Shown piece after piece: positions 49,011-64,000 of a DNA stretch of 64,000 nucleotides. The DNA is taken from NCBI RefSeq assembly GCF_000026545.1, contig NC_011601.1; one strand, 5' to 3'. Made by a program: the position numbers and the translations under genes. Under the pieces are notes generated by a model, which searched no databases, had not been told where the DNA came from, and worked only from the letters and a program-made list of their open reading frames with translations. Source of the stretch: Escherichia coli O127:H6 str. E2348/69 (GTDB lineage Bacteria; Pseudomonadota; Gammaproteobacteria; Enterobacterales; Enterobacteriaceae). The stretch's first letter is position 1, and every line of letters starts with the position of its first letter.

Positions 49011-50348
49011 TTAAACGGCTTTTACTGCATCGGCGATGCGGTGTGCAAATTCAGTCACCTGCGCTTCGTCTTCGCCTTCCACCATCACGCGAATTAACGG
49101 TTCGGTGCCGGATTTACGCAACAGCACACGTCCACGGCTACCCAGCGCCGCTTCAACTTCTGCGGTCACAGCTTTGACTGATTCATGCTCCAGCGGATCG
49201 CCGCTACCTGCGGTGTAACGCACGTTTACCAGGATTTGCGGGAACATTTTCATGCCGCTGCAAAGGTCGTGCAGGCTCATATGATTACGCGCCATCGCCG
49301 CCAGCACCTGCAAACCAGCAACGATGCCGTCACCGGTAGTGGTTTTATCCAGCAGGATCACATGACCGGAATTCTCTGCACCGATACGCCAGCCTTTCTC
49401 CTGCATTTTTTCCAGTACGTAGCGGTCACCCACTTTCGCGCGCGCAAATGGAATTCCTAACTGTTTCAGCGCCAGTTCAAGCCCCATGTTGCTCATCAAT
49501 GTACCCACAGCGCCACCACGCAGCTGGCCCTGACGAAGACCTTCACGCGCGATGATATACATAATCTGGTCGCCATCGACTTTATTGCCTTCATGGTCAA
49601 CCATAATCACGCGATCGCCGTCGCCGTCGAAGGCAATACCGAGATCCGCTTTTTCAGCCAGCACACGAGCCTGGAGCGCGCGAACGTCGGTAGCCCCCAC
49701 TTCGGCATTGATGTTTACACCGTTCGGCTCACAACCGATAGCGATAACGTTCGCTCCCAGTTCACGCAGCACGTTCGGCGCGATGTGATAAGTCGCACCG
49801 TTTGCACAATCCACCACAATCTTCAGTTCACTGAGGCTAAGTTCGTTTGGGAACGTGGCTTTGCAAAACTCGATATAGCGACCCGCAGCATCAACGATAC
49901 GGCTGGCTTTACCCAGTTCTGCCGAATCAACACAGCTGATCTCTTTTTCCATTTCCGCTTCGATGGCCTCTTCTACTGCATCCGGTAGTTTGGTGCCGTC
50001 GATAGAGAAAAATTTAATGCCATTATCGTAGAACGGGTTATGCGATGCAGATATCACAATTCCGGCCTCTGCGCGGAAGGTACGCGTCAGATAAGCCACG
50101 GCCGGTGTTGGCATCGGACCAGTGAAGAGTGCGGAAAGGCCCGCAGCCGCCAGACCCGCTTCCAGTGCTGACTCCAGCATGTAGCCAGAAATACGCGTGT
50201 CTTTACCAATGATGATCTTACGGGAGCCGTGGCGCGCCAGCACTTTACCCGCGGCCCAACCCAGCTTAAGCACAAAATCAGGGGTGATCGGCGCATCCCC
50301 TACACGACCACGAATCCCATCGGTACCGAAATATTTACGATTACTCAT
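49011..50348 (-). CDS. glmM: Phosphoglucosamine mutase (445 aa)
   Basis: Translation [17 protein letters not shown] with the phosphoserine motif [10 protein letters not shown]. Confidence 0.95.
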   Translation of the reverse strand: MSNRKYFGTDGIRGRVGDAPITPDFVLKLGWAAGKVLARHGSRKIIIGKDTRISGYMLESALEAGLAAAGLSALFTGPMPTPAVAYLTRTFRAEAGIVISASHNPFYDNGIKFFSIDGTKLPDAVEEAIEAEMEKEISCVDSAELGKASRIVDAAGRYIEFCKATFPNELSLSELKIVVDCANGATYHIAPNVLRELGANVIAIGCEPNGVNINAEVGATDVRALQARVLAEKADLGIAFDGDGDRVIMVDHEGNKVDGDQIMYIIAREGLRQGQLRGGAVGTLMSNMGLELALKQLGIPFARAKVGDRYVLEKMQEKGWRIGAENSGHVILLDKTTTGDGIVAGLQVLAAMARNHMSLHDLCSGMKMFPQILVNVRYTAGSGDPLEHESVKAVTAEVEAALGSRGRVLLRKSGTEPLIRVMVEGEDEAQVTEFAHRIADAVKAV

Positions 50349-51189
50349 AGCGTTTGTTTTCCTTTGCAGACAGAGTGGCTTCCACCACCCGCATCGCTTC
50401 TACGGTTTCTTTGACGTCATGAACACGAATGATGTGCGCGCCTTGCATAGCGGCAATGACCGCACAAGCCAGACTACCGCTCAGACGCTCGGACGGCCCC
50501 ACGTTCAGCAGCTGCCCAATCATCGATTTTCGTGACATACCCACCAACAGCGGCAGGTTGAAATGGTGAAATTCAGCCAGGCGCGCCAGTAATGAATAGT
50601 TATGGGAGAGATTTTTACCGAAACCGAATCCGGGGTCGAGCAACAATTTCTCTTTTGCGATACCCGCCTGCTCGCAACGTGCTATTTGCTCAATAAAGTA
50701 GCGATTCACTTCTGCAAAGACATCGTCATACTTCGGGGCTTCCTGCATGGTCTTTGGATTTCCCTGCATATGCATCAGACAAACCGGTAAACCGGTTTCT
50801 GCAGCTGCCTCCAGAGCCCCTGGTTCGGAAAGGGAGCGGATATCGTTAATAATGTGAGCGCCAACTTTCGCTGACTCACGGATGACTTCTGGTTTGGATG
50901 TATCGACCGAGATCCAGACTTCGAAGCGTTGAGCAATTGCCTCAACCACAGGAATAACACGTTGCAACTCTTCTTCAACGCTAACTTCCGCCGCTCCTGG
51001 GCGCGTGGACTCGCCACCAACGTCAATGATCGTCGCGCCAGCGTTGATCATCAGATTCGCATGTTTCACCGCATCTATCAGCGAGTTATGCGTACCGCCA
51101 TCCGAAAAGGAATCAGGCGTGACGTTGAGGATCCCCATTACGTGAGGATGGCTAAGGTCCAGTGAAGTGCCCTGGGCAAAGAGTTTCAT
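50341..51189 (-). CDS. folP: Dihydropteroate synthase (282 aa)
   Basis: Translation from [32 protein letters not shown]; 8-nt overlap with the glmM start. Confidence 0.92.
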
Positions 51190-51278
51190 GGTGTTATCCC
51201 TGGTATGAATTGATAAGAAAAAACCCCGGAGCACGCCCCGGGGTTTTCGGTACAAATACAGTCATCTGATGCGGGAAC

Positions 51279-53213
51279 TTATTTGTCGCCTAACTGCTCT
51301 GACATGGTGTTACCCGGGTTCGGCGTACGCGGTTCATCAACCGGACGAGGAGCCTTTGGACTACCATTGTCGCCAGAATTGTTAGAAGCGCCTGGTTCTT
51401 CCCAGCCCGCTGGCGGACGTACATCGCGACGTGCCATCAGGTCATCAATCTGCGGTGCGTCGATAGTCTCATATTTCATGAGAGCATCTTTCATCGCATG
51501 CAGAATATCCATATTGTCGGTCAGAAGCTGACGCGCACGATTATAGTTACGCTCAATCAGTGCTTTCACTTCCTGGTCGATGATACGTGCAGTTTCATCG
51601 GACATATGTTTCGCTTTCGCTACGCTACGGCCGAGGAACACTTCACCTTCTTCTTCCGCGTACAGCAGTGGACCCAATTTCTCAGAGAAGCCCCACTGAG
51701 TCACCATGTTACGTGCCAGGTTGGTCGCAACTTTAATATCGTTGGACGCACCGGTAGAAACATGTTCCGGCCCGTAGATGATCTCTTCTGCCAGACGACC
51801 ACCGTACAGCGTAGAAATCTGGCTTTCCAGTTTCTGACGGCTGGCGCTGATTGCGTCGCCCTCAGGCAAGAAGAAAGTCACACCCAGCGCACGACCGCGT
51901 GGGATAATCGTCACTTTGTGCACCGGATCGTGTTCCGGCACCAGGCGACCGATAATTGCGTGACCCGCTTCGTGGTAAGCCGTCGATTCTTTCTGCGCTT
52001 CCGTCATCACCATGGAGCGACGTTCCGCACCCATCATGATTTTGTCTTTCGCTTTCTCGAACTCAACCATCGACACAACGCGTTTGTTGCCACGAGCAGC
52101 GAACAGTGCCGCTTCGTTCACCAGGTTCGCCAGGTCAGCACCGGAGAAACCAGGAGTACCACGGGCAATGATTGCCGCGTCGATATCGGGTGCCAATGGT
52201 ACGCGACGCATGTGAACCTTCAGGATCTGCTCACGACCGCGAACATCTGGCAAGCCAACCACAACCTGACGGTCGAAACGGCCAGGACGCAGCAGCGCTG
52301 GGTCGAGAACGTCCGGACGGTTAGTCGCGGCGATAACGATGATACCTTCGTTACCTTCGAAGCCATCCATCTCAACCAGCATCTGGTTCAGAGTCTGTTC
52401 ACGTTCATCGTGACCACCGCCCAGACCTGCGCCACGCTGGCGGCCTACGGCGTCGATTTCATCGATAAAGATGATGCACGGTGCCGCTTTCTTCGCCTGT
52501 TCGAACATGTCACGAACACGGGATGCACCCACACCGACGAACATTTCTACGAAGTCAGAACCGGAGATAGTAAAGAACGGAACTTTCGCTTCGCCTGCAA
52601 TCGCTTTCGCCAGCAGCGTTTTACCGGTACCCGGAGGACCGACCATCAGGACGCCTTTCGGGATCTTACCGCCGAGTTTCTGGAAGCGGCTCGGCTCGCG
52701 CAGATACTCAACCAGTTCAGCAACTTCTTCTTTTGCTTCGTCGCAGCCCGCAACGTCAGCAAAGGTCGTTTTGATCTGATCTTCAGTCAGCATGCGCGCT
52801 TTGCTCTTACCAAACGACATGGCACCTTTGCCACCGCCGCCCTGCATTTGACGCATGAAGAAGATCCAGACACCAATCAGCAACAACATCGGGAACCAGG
52901 AGATGAAGATAGAAGCCAGCAGGCTTGGTTCTTCAGGCGGTTCACCGACAACCTTGACGTTCTTGGTCAACAGGTTATCCAGTAATTTCGGATCCTGAAC
53001 CGGAATGTAAGTGGTATAACGGTTACTATCTTTCTTGGTAACGTTGATTTCACGTCCGTTGATACGCGCTTCACGAACCTGGTCGTTATTGACCTCTTGT
53101 AGGAAGGTAGAGTAATCCACCTTACGGCCATTAGACTCGCTGGGCCCAAAGCTCTGGAATACTGACATCAGCACAACGGCAATGACCAGCCAGAGTATTA
53201 GGTTTTTCGCCAT
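51279..53213 (-). CDS. ftsH: ATP-dependent zinc metalloprotease FtsH (644 aa)
   Basis: Translation from [22 protein letters not shown] with AAA Walker motifs and HEAGH zinc site. Confidence 0.95.
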
Positions 53214-53312
53214 GTCACTCAAGGGATTAACCTCTTATTACAACTGTGTTAAAAACAGCGTCAGGATACTCTATATCCAGCATCTTTCAAACTTTCGTCT
53301 GAAATCTCCCGG

Positions 53313-53942
53313 TTAGGGTTTACGCCCGGTCGCTACAATATACACTTCCCGCGAACGTGCACGAGAAGAGTCCGGCTTACGAACTTTGACCTTCGTAAAC
53401 AGGGAGCGAATTTCCCTTAGATACTCATCGAAACCTTCGCCCTGGAACACCTTCACTACAAAACTGCCACCTGGCGCTAATACATCACGACACATTTCTA
53501 GCGCCAGTTCCACCAGATACATGGCACGGGGGATATCCACCGCCGGTGTTCCGCTCATGTTTGGTGCCATATCGGACATGACAACCTGGACTTTGCTGTC
53601 GCCAACGCGCTCCAGCAGTGCTTTCATCACCAGTTCATCACGAAAATCGCCCTGAAGAAAGTCCACACCAACGATAGGATCCATAGGTAAAAGATCGCAA
53701 GCGATGATGCGGCCTTTGCCGCCAATTTGGGTGACCACATATTGTGACCAACCACCCGGAGCAGCACCAAGGTCGACAACCGTCATTCCCGGTTTAAAGA
53801 GTTTGTCACTTTGCTGTATTTCATCAAGTTTAAACCAGGCACGGGAACGTAACCCCTTTTTCTGTGCCTGTTGAACATATTTATCGCTAAAGTGTTCCTG
53901 AAGCCAGCGGCTGGAGCTGGCAGAACGCTTCTTACCTGTCAT
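53313..53942 (-). CDS. rlmE: 23S rRNA U2552 2'-O-ribose methyltransferase (209 aa)
   Basis: Translation [41 protein letters not shown]. Confidence 0.93.
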
Positions 53943-54067
53943 TTAACTTTCCCATGGGGATAACTCATCGTAACCAATTGCGTAAATTTTTACGCGCCTA
54001 TTTGGTGATATATGGGAGATGGCGGTAGAATGACCCGTTTTCAATCCCAACGTAAGCAAAAAATACG

Positions 54068-54361
54068 ATGAATCTGAGTACTAAACAAAAACAGCACCTG
54101 AAAGGTCTGGCACATCCGCTCAAGCCAGTTGTTCTGCTTGGCAGTAATGGTTTGACCGAAGGGGTGCTGGCCGAGATTGAACAAGCGTTAGAGCACCATG
54201 AACTCATCAAGGTGAAAATCGCCACCGAAGATCGCGAAACTAAAACCTTGATCGTGGAAGCTATCGTGCGCGAAACCGGCGCCTGTAATGTACAGGTCAT
54301 CGGTAAAACGCTGGTGCTTTATCGCCCAACTAAAGAACGTAAAATCTCGCTGCCACGCTAA
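54068..54361 (+). CDS. yhbY: CRM-domain RNA-binding protein YhbY (97 aa)
   Basis: Translation MNLSTKQKQHLKGLAHPLKPVVLLGSNGLTEGVLAEIEQALEHHELIKVK. Confidence 0.92.
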   Translation: MNLSTKQKQHLKGLAHPLKPVVLLGSNGLTEGVLAEIEQALEHHELIKVKIATEDRETKTLIVEAIVRETGACNVQVIGKTLVLYRPTKERKISLPR

Positions 54362-54448
54362 GATTATCCTAAAGTTACACACATTTGCTGTGTAAAACGA
54401 GGGGTTTTCCGCAGGCAGGAGAGCAAAATGCCACGCTCTGTTCGTTGA

Positions 54449-54475
54449 TAAAAGGCCGCATAGCGGCCTTTTTCC
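54449..54475. terminator. Bidirectional terminator between convergent yhbY and greA
   Basis: aggccgcatagcggcct hairpin flanked by AAA and TTTTT. Confidence 0.75.
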
Positions 54476-54516
54476 TTTCTTTACAATACATCAACATCTT
54501 GAGTATTGGGTAATTC

Positions 54517-54993
<477 letters not shown>

Positions 54994-55240
54994 TTGTTAT
55001 ACCTCTTGAATATTCCTGATGGGGCAAGTCTTCACCCACCCCGGCTGTTCGGCCTGCCCGGCATAACTCCTCACCGGGACCAGAAGCAAAAAAATACCGA
55101 CCCGGGTACAAGTCCCAGGTCAGCTACAATTCACATTTTGATAGTCATTTTACCCTGAAGTTCCCGAAGGGTCATCGTTTACTTTATAGGGCGTTGCGCC
55201 GTAGTATGACGGCTCGATTCCAGGTTGTTAGCGCGAGATT

Positions 55241-56674
55241 ATGCGATTTTCCAGATTTATCATCGGATTGACCAGCTGTATAGCGTTCAGTGTTCAGGCC
55301 GCAAATGTTGATGAGTACATTACTCAACTCCCCGCTGGTGCCAACCTTGCCCTGATGGTGCAAAAAGTCGGCGCGTCGGCCCCCGCTATTGATTACCACA
55401 GTCAGCAGATGGCGCTGCCCGCCAGTACGCAGAAAGTGATTACTGCACTGGCGGCGTTGATTCAACTCGGCCCCGATTTTCGTTTTACCACGACGCTTGA
55501 AACCAAAGGCAATGTGGAAAACGGCGTACTTAAGGGTGACTTAGTGGCGCGATTTGGTGCCGATCCGACGTTAAGACGTCAGGATATTCGCAATATGGTC
55601 GCGACTTTGAAAAAATCTGGCGTCAACCAAATCGATGGCAATGTGTTGATAGATACCTCCATTTTCGCCAGCCACGATAAAGCCCCCGGCTGGCCATGGA
55701 ATGACATGACACAATGCTTTAGCGCTCCGCCTGCCGCCGCCATAGTTGACCGCAACTGTTTCTCCGTCTCGCTCTACAGTGCCCCAAAACCTGGTGATAT
55801 GGCTTTTATACGCGTGGCATCTTATTACCCCGTTACGATGTTCAGCCAGGTACGCACCCTCCCCCGTGGTTCTGCCGAAGCGCAATACTGCGAGCTGGAT
55901 GTGGTGCTAGGCGACCTGAACCGCTTTACGCTGACCGGATGCCTGCCACAACGTTCTGAGCCGCTCCCGTTGGCTTTTGCCGTGCAGGATGGAGCCAGCT
56001 ATGCCGGTGCAATTCTGAAAGATGAGTTAAAACAGGCAGGTATCACCTGGAGCGGAACACTGCTGCGCCAGACTCAGGTTAACGAACCTGGAACGGTAGT
56101 TGCCAGTAAACAGTCGGCCCCGCTGCACGATCTGCTTAAGATTATGCTGAAAAAGTCGGACAACATGATCGCCGATACGGTTTTCCGCATGATAGGCCAT
56201 GCGCGCTTCAATGTGCCTGGAACATGGCGGGCCGGGTCGGACGCCGTGCGTCAGATCCTGCGCCAGCAAGCCGGTGTCGATATTGGAAACACCATTATTG
56301 CCGATGGTTCAGGGCTTTCGCGGCATAACCTGATTGCCCCCGCCACCATGATGCAGGTGCTGCAATACATTGCCCAACACGACAATGAACTTAACTTTAT
56401 CTCCATGCTGCCGCTGGCGGGCTATGACGGCTCTTTGCAGTACCGTGCAGGTCTGCATCAGGCGGGCGTGGATGGAAAAGTCTCAGCGAAAACCGGTTCG
56501 TTGCAGGGGGTATATAACCTGGCGGGATTCATTACCACAGCGAGCGGGCAACGAATGGCGTTTGTGCAATATCTTTCTGGCTATGCAGTAGAACCGGCGG
56601 ATCAGCGTAATCGCCGTATTCCGTTGGTACGTTTTGAAAGCCGTTTGTATAAAGATATTTACCAGAACAATTAG
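55241..56674 (+). CDS. dacB: D-alanyl-D-alanine carboxypeptidase/endopeptidase PBP4 (477 aa)
   Basis: Translation with signal peptide and the STQK active-site motif. Confidence 0.93.
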   Translation: MRFSRFIIGLTSCIAFSVQAANVDEYITQLPAGANLALMVQKVGASAPAIDYHSQQMALPASTQKVITALAALIQLGPDFRFTTTLETKGNVENGVLKGDLVARFGADPTLRRQDIRNMVATLKKSGVNQIDGNVLIDTSIFASHDKAPGWPWNDMTQCFSAPPAAAIVDRNCFSVSLYSAPKPGDMAFIRVASYYPVTMFSQVRTLPRGSAEAQYCELDVVLGDLNRFTLTGCLPQRSEPLPLAFAVQDGASYAGAILKDELKQAGITWSGTLLRQTQVNEPGTVVASKQSAPLHDLLKIMLKKSDNMIADTVFRMIGHARFNVPGTWRAGSDAVRQILRQQAGVDIGNTIIADGSGLSRHNLIAPATMMQVLQYIAQHDNELNFISMLPLAGYDGSLQYRAGLHQAGVDGKVSAKTGSLQGVYNLAGFITTASGQRMAFVQYLSGYAVEPADQRNRRIPLVRFESRLYKDIYQNN

Positions 56675-56683
56675 TCTAAAGAG

Positions 56684-56709
56684 AAACCCCGGCACATGGC
56701 CGGGGTTTT
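56684..56709. terminator. Bidirectional terminator between convergent dacB and obgE
   Basis: ccccggcacatggccgggg hairpin with A-run and T-run flanks. Confidence 0.75.
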
Positions 56710-56714
56710 GCTGA

Positions 56715-57902
<1,188 letters not shown>

Positions 57903-58868
57903 TCATTCGCCTGCGCGGGGTTGCGATACCACCGTTGTATGCTTACGTAATCCGCCCCAAATACGATGACCAATGGCGGAATACATCGCGCCCGCAACCA
58001 CGACAAACGCACCGAGATAACCTAAAAGGTTTAACATCGGTCTGGCGAAGAAATCGGGCCAGGCCAGTGATAAAAGATCTGAAAAAAACAGCGTAAACAG
58101 TGGGGTGAGCGTGATGATCGCGCTCACCTGCGCTGCCTGCCAGCGAGCCATCGCTTCCGCCAGGGCGCCATATCCTACCAATGTATTCAGTCCGCAAAAA
58201 ATTAAACATGCGAGCTGCCAGTGGCTAAGCTGCGCTATCACTCCAGGATCTGCCAGAGGGAAGAGCGCAATTGTACATAAAGTGTACAGTAAAAACAGGA
58301 TCTGCGGTGAGGCCAGCCGACGCAATAAAACCTTTTGCGCCACGCCATAACTCACCCAAACCGTCGCCGCACCGACCCCAAAGATAACTCCCCAGGTGTA
58401 ATCGGTGAGCTTTGTAAATATCTCGACCAGACTGGTGTTAAAAAACATCACCAGGCCGCTCAGGAGCATCAATGCCCCTACAACCTGAGTGCTGCGCATT
58501 TTCTCTTTCAGGATAAATACGCTGGCAACCATCATGCCAACTGGCGAGAGTTGCCCAATCACCTGCGAAGCGGTCGGACTCAGGTATTGCAAGGATGAGC
58601 TGAACAGGATGAAGTTCCCAAACAGCCCGGCGGTCGCCACTGCCAACAAAATCAACCAGCGTGGCTTACGAAACACGCGTAATGGCGGCAACCTCTTCTT
58701 CACCGCAAGAATGGCACCAAGGCCAATACTCGCCATCAAGAAACGGTAAAACACGATTGTCGGAGGTTCCATCACCTCCAGCACCTGCTTCATTGCGATT
58801 GGCAACGCCCCCCAGCAAATTGCTGTGGTGAGCGCCAAAAGAATGCCAATGCCTGCCTGCTGCTTCAT
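57903..58868 (-). CDS. yhbE: EamA/DMT-family inner-membrane transporter YhbE (321 aa)
   Basis: Polytopic translation; gene order. Confidence 0.88.
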   Translation of the reverse strand: MKQQAGIGILLALTTAICWGALPIAMKQVLEVMEPPTIVFYRFLMASIGLGAILAVKKRLPPLRVFRKPRWLILLAVATAGLFGNFILFSSSLQYLSPTASQVIGQLSPVGMMVASVFILKEKMRSTQVVGALMLLSGLVMFFNTSLVEIFTKLTDYTWGVIFGVGAATVWVSYGVAQKVLLRRLASPQILFLLYTLCTIALFPLADPGVIAQLSHWQLACLIFCGLNTLVGYGALAEAMARWQAAQVSAIITLTPLFTLFFSDLLSLAWPDFFARPMLNLLGYLGAFVVVAGAMYSAIGHRIWGGLRKHTTVVSQPRAGE

Positions 58869-58938
58869 ACCGTATTCCCTGCAAAGCGCATTTGCGAATT
58901 AACGTCGCACCATGCGCATTTTTACCGGTTATCGAATG

Positions 58939-58967
58939 TAAAAAGCCCCGCAACGTGTTGCGGGGCT
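58939..58967 (-). terminator. Rho-independent terminator downstream of rpmA
   Basis: gccccgcaacgtgttgcggggc hairpin followed by a U-run on the minus-strand transcript. Confidence 0.8.
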
Positions 58968-58994
58968 TTCATCCGTTACCGGGACGCGAAAAAC

Positions 58995-59620
<626 letters not shown>

Positions 59621-59842
59621 TCAGAGTGCGCTATAAATATTCACAATAGGGCGCGAATATTACGCAAAACGCACGCCTTTGACAAGTGCTACAGTCAATA
59701 CACGAAGAAAAAAAACACAACTTGTACGGTAACGTTTATCTGTGCCATTTTTTCAGTACAATCACCCTATATTCCTAACCATAAACCCTAAGTTGCCTTT
59801 GTTCACAGTAAGGTAATCGGGGCGAAAAGCCCGGCTTTTGCG

Positions 59843-60814
59843 ATGAATTTAGAAAAAATCAATGAGTTAACCGCGCAAGATATGGCGGGTGTTAATGCGG
59901 CAATCCTTGAGCAGCTTAATTCCGACGTCCAACTGATCAATCAGTTAGGCTATTACATCGTCAGCGGCGGCGGTAAACGTATTCGTCCGATGATTGCTGT
60001 ACTGGCTGCACGAGCTATTGGCTATGAGGGAAATGCGCATGTCACCATTGCTGCCCTGATCGAGTTTATCCACACGGCGACTCTGCTACACGACGACGTT
60101 GTGGATGAATCAGATATGCGCAGGGGTAAAGCTACCGCCAACGCCGCATTTGGCAATGCCGCCAGCGTGCTGGTAGGCGATTTTATTTATACCCGCGCGT
60201 TCCAGATGATGACCAGCCTCGGTTCACTCAAAGTGCTGGAAGTCATGTCAGAAGCCGTAAACGTCATCGCAGAAGGTGAAGTTCTGCAACTGATGAACGT
60301 TAACGATCCGGACATCACTGAAGAAAACTACATGCGCGTTATCTACAGCAAGACTGCGCGTCTGTTTGAGGCTGCCGCGCAGTGTTCCGGGATTCTGGCT
60401 GGCTGTACGCCGGAGGAGGAGAAAGGCTTGCAGGATTATGGGCGCTATCTCGGCACTGCTTTCCAGTTGATCGACGATTTACTCGATTACAATGCCGATG
60501 GCGAACAGCTAGGTAAAAACGTCGGCGACGATCTGAACGAAGGTAAACCGACGCTGCCGCTGCTGCATGCGATGCATCATGGCACACCAGAACAGGCACA
60601 AATGATTCGTACCGCCATCGAACAGGGTAACGGTCGCCATCTTCTGGAACCGGTTCTGGAAGCAATGAACGCTTGTGGCTCTCTTGAATGGACGCGTCAG
60701 CGTGCCGAGGAAGAAGCAGACAAAGCCATCGCAGCGTTACAGGTGCTCCCGGACACCCCGTGGAGAGAAGCACTTATCGGCCTCGCGCACATCGCTGTTC
60801 AACGCGATCGTTAA
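59843..60814 (+). CDS. ispB: Octaprenyl diphosphate synthase (323 aa)
   Basis: Translation with the two polyprenyl synthase DDxxD motifs. Confidence 0.93.
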   Translation: MNLEKINELTAQDMAGVNAAILEQLNSDVQLINQLGYYIVSGGGKRIRPMIAVLAARAIGYEGNAHVTIAALIEFIHTATLLHDDVVDESDMRRGKATANAAFGNAASVLVGDFIYTRAFQMMTSLGSLKVLEVMSEAVNVIAEGEVLQLMNVNDPDITEENYMRVIYSKTARLFEAAAQCSGILAGCTPEEEKGLQDYGRYLGTAFQLIDDLLDYNADGEQLGKNVGDDLNEGKPTLPLLHAMHHGTPEQAQMIRTAIEQGNGRHLLEPVLEAMNACGSLEWTRQRAEEEADKAIAALQVLPDTPWREALIGLAHIAVQRDR

Positions 60815-61047
60815 TCCCCTCCCCTCATCCCGCGCAGTGCGCGGGATGATTCCAGTAAATTCCATAAAAACACTTACTCAGCTCTATAACTCCTGAAAAA
60901 CAGGGCCGTGTATCTTTATATATTCTGAATATTCACACTCTTTACAGGAACTTTTTAGAGCAATAGGCCATCAGGAGTATAGTGATGCTCGACAGAAACA
61001 GAAGAAGTGTTCTGAATGAAAGCGACTAACTTAAGGAGTGAGGAAAG

Positions 61048-61326
61048 ATGGAAAGTAATTTCATTGACTGGCATCCCGCTGACATCATTGCAGGTTTGCG
61101 CAAGAAGGGAACGTCAATGGCGGCGGAGTCTCGCAGAAATGGTTTGAGTTCCTCAACGCTGGCGAACGCATTATCACGCCCATGGCCGAAAGGAGAGATG
61201 ATTATTGCGAAAGCCCTGGGAACTGACCCCTGGGTTATCTGGCCATCACGCTACCATGATCCGCAGACCCATGAGTTTATCGACAGAACGCAGTTGATGC
61301 GTAGCTACACTAAACCGAAAAAATGA
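61048..61326 (+). CDS. sfsB: Ner-like DNA-binding transcriptional regulator (92 aa)
   Basis: Translation MESNFIDWHPADIIAGLRKKGTSMAAESRRNGLSSSTLANAL; also known as nlp. Confidence 0.9.
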   Translation: MESNFIDWHPADIIAGLRKKGTSMAAESRRNGLSSSTLANALSRPWPKGEMIIAKALGTDPWVIWPSRYHDPQTHEFIDRTQLMRSYTKPKK

Positions 61327-61337
61327 GTGGTCTGGCG

Positions 61338-61358
61338 GTAGCCCCGCGAACGGGGCTG
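61338..61358. terminator. Hairpin between convergent sfsB and murA (agccccgcgaacggggct)
   Basis: GC hairpin seen in sequence; no strong U-run. Confidence 0.4.
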
Positions 61359-61373
61359 CCAGCTCTCAGACAA

Positions 61374-62633
<1,260 letters not shown>

Positions 62634-62687
62634 TTAGTTTGTTCTCAGTTAACAATTCATATCCGCTACCGGCGAATCGCCCATAGC

Positions 62688-62942
62688 TCAAAAGCCGTTC
62701 AGTTTGCGATCGCGCGCCCACTCCGCAGGGGTATACGCTTTGATCGACACAGCATGAATGCGGTTATCCGCAATATATTCCATCAGCGGGCCATAGACCG
62801 TCTGCTGTTTTTTAACCCGACTCATGCCGTCAAACAACTCACCCACGGCAATAACCTGAAAGTGGCTGCCATCGCCGGAAACGTGGACTTCCTGGAGGGA
62901 GAGAGCGTTCATCAACACGCTCTGAATTTCATTATTTTCCAT
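62688..62942 (-). CDS. ibaG: BolA-family acid-stress protein (84 aa)
   Basis: Translation from [30 protein letters not shown]; also known as yrbA. Confidence 0.9.
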
Positions 62943-63101
62943 GGGATCTTCAATCATCAGTTAATAAATCAGCGAAACATCTTAGAGCAAAGTTGCGCTG
63001 GCATAAATAAGCAAAAAGCCTCGCTGATAAATCAGACAAGGCTCGACTTGCAGGCAGGTTTGCCGGACAGGCGGTTAACGCCATATCCGGCCTGAAAAAA
63101 T

Positions 63102-63394
63102 TTAACGAGGCAGAACATCAGCAGGCAAATTATACAATTTCGCCAGGGTATACACTTTGTCGTTGACCCCCTGAAGCGTCACATTGTTGCCCTGCTTTTT
63201 CGCCAGATCGATAAGATGGAGCAGCAGTGCCAGTCCCCCCGTATCCACGCGAGACACACGGCTAAGATCGATGCTGGTAATCCCCTTCACCGCTTCCTCA
63301 CGTATTTCCCAAAGCGGTAGCAGAACGTCCTGATCCAGCTCTCCGGATAACGCCAGCGTGTCACCCGTCTGCATCCAGCTCAGTGACTCGCTCA

Positions 63395-63395
<1 letters not shown>
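63102..63395 (-). CDS. mlaB: STAS-domain component of the Mla phospholipid transport system (97 aa)
   Basis: Translation from MSESLSWMQTGDTLALSGELDQDVLL; the 32-codon upstream extension is rejected. Confidence 0.9.

Positions 63396-64000
<605 letters not shown>

Noticed and set aside
60827-60847. Hairpin atcccgcgcagtgcgcgggat downstream of ispB as a terminator
   Set aside because: Good stem but no adjacent U-run; could be a Rho-dependent site or a protein-binding palindrome; not called.
63040-63100. Possible REP element between ibaG and mlaB (gccggacaggcg...gccatatccggcc)
   Set aside because: Only a loose resemblance to the REP consensus; not confident enough to call as a feature.

Overview
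This window reads as a contiguous stretch of Escherichia coli-type core chromosome: garK-garR-garL-garP / garD, a complete aga/kba N-acetylgalactosamine-galactosamine PTS cluster, rsmI-lpoA-yraN-diaA-dolP, yraQ-yraR, yhbP-yhbQ-yhbS-ubiT/ubiU-ubiV-yhbW, mtr, deaD, nlpI, the metY-rimP-nusA-infB-rbfA-truB-rpsO-pnp transcription unit, argG, yhbX, leuU-secG, glmM-folP-ftsH-rlmE, yhbY, greA, dacB, obgE-yhbE-rpmA-rplU, ispB, sfsB, murA, ibaG and mlaB-mlaC (partial). Three RNA genes are recognisable directly: RNase P RNA (rnpB), tRNA-fMet (metY) and tRNA-Leu (leuU). All gene identities are from my reading of the translations and gene order against recalled E. coli K-12 proteins; no database search was run. 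I found no convincing previously undescribed system: every large ORF is accounted for by a known gene, and there are no IS elements, integrases, phage genes or CRISPR arrays. The points worth a second look are differences from the K-12 layout as I recall it: prlF-yhaV, yraHIJK and yhbO appear to be absent at tight junctions, the agaW-agaE-agaF-agaA segment is intact, metY is the G46 (tRNA-fMet1-like) allele, and an AT-rich segment downstream of rnpB carries an unrecognised ORF. A nested inverted repeat over the yhbW ribosome-binding site is also noted. This pattern suggests a non-K-12 lineage, possibly B-like, but that is inference.
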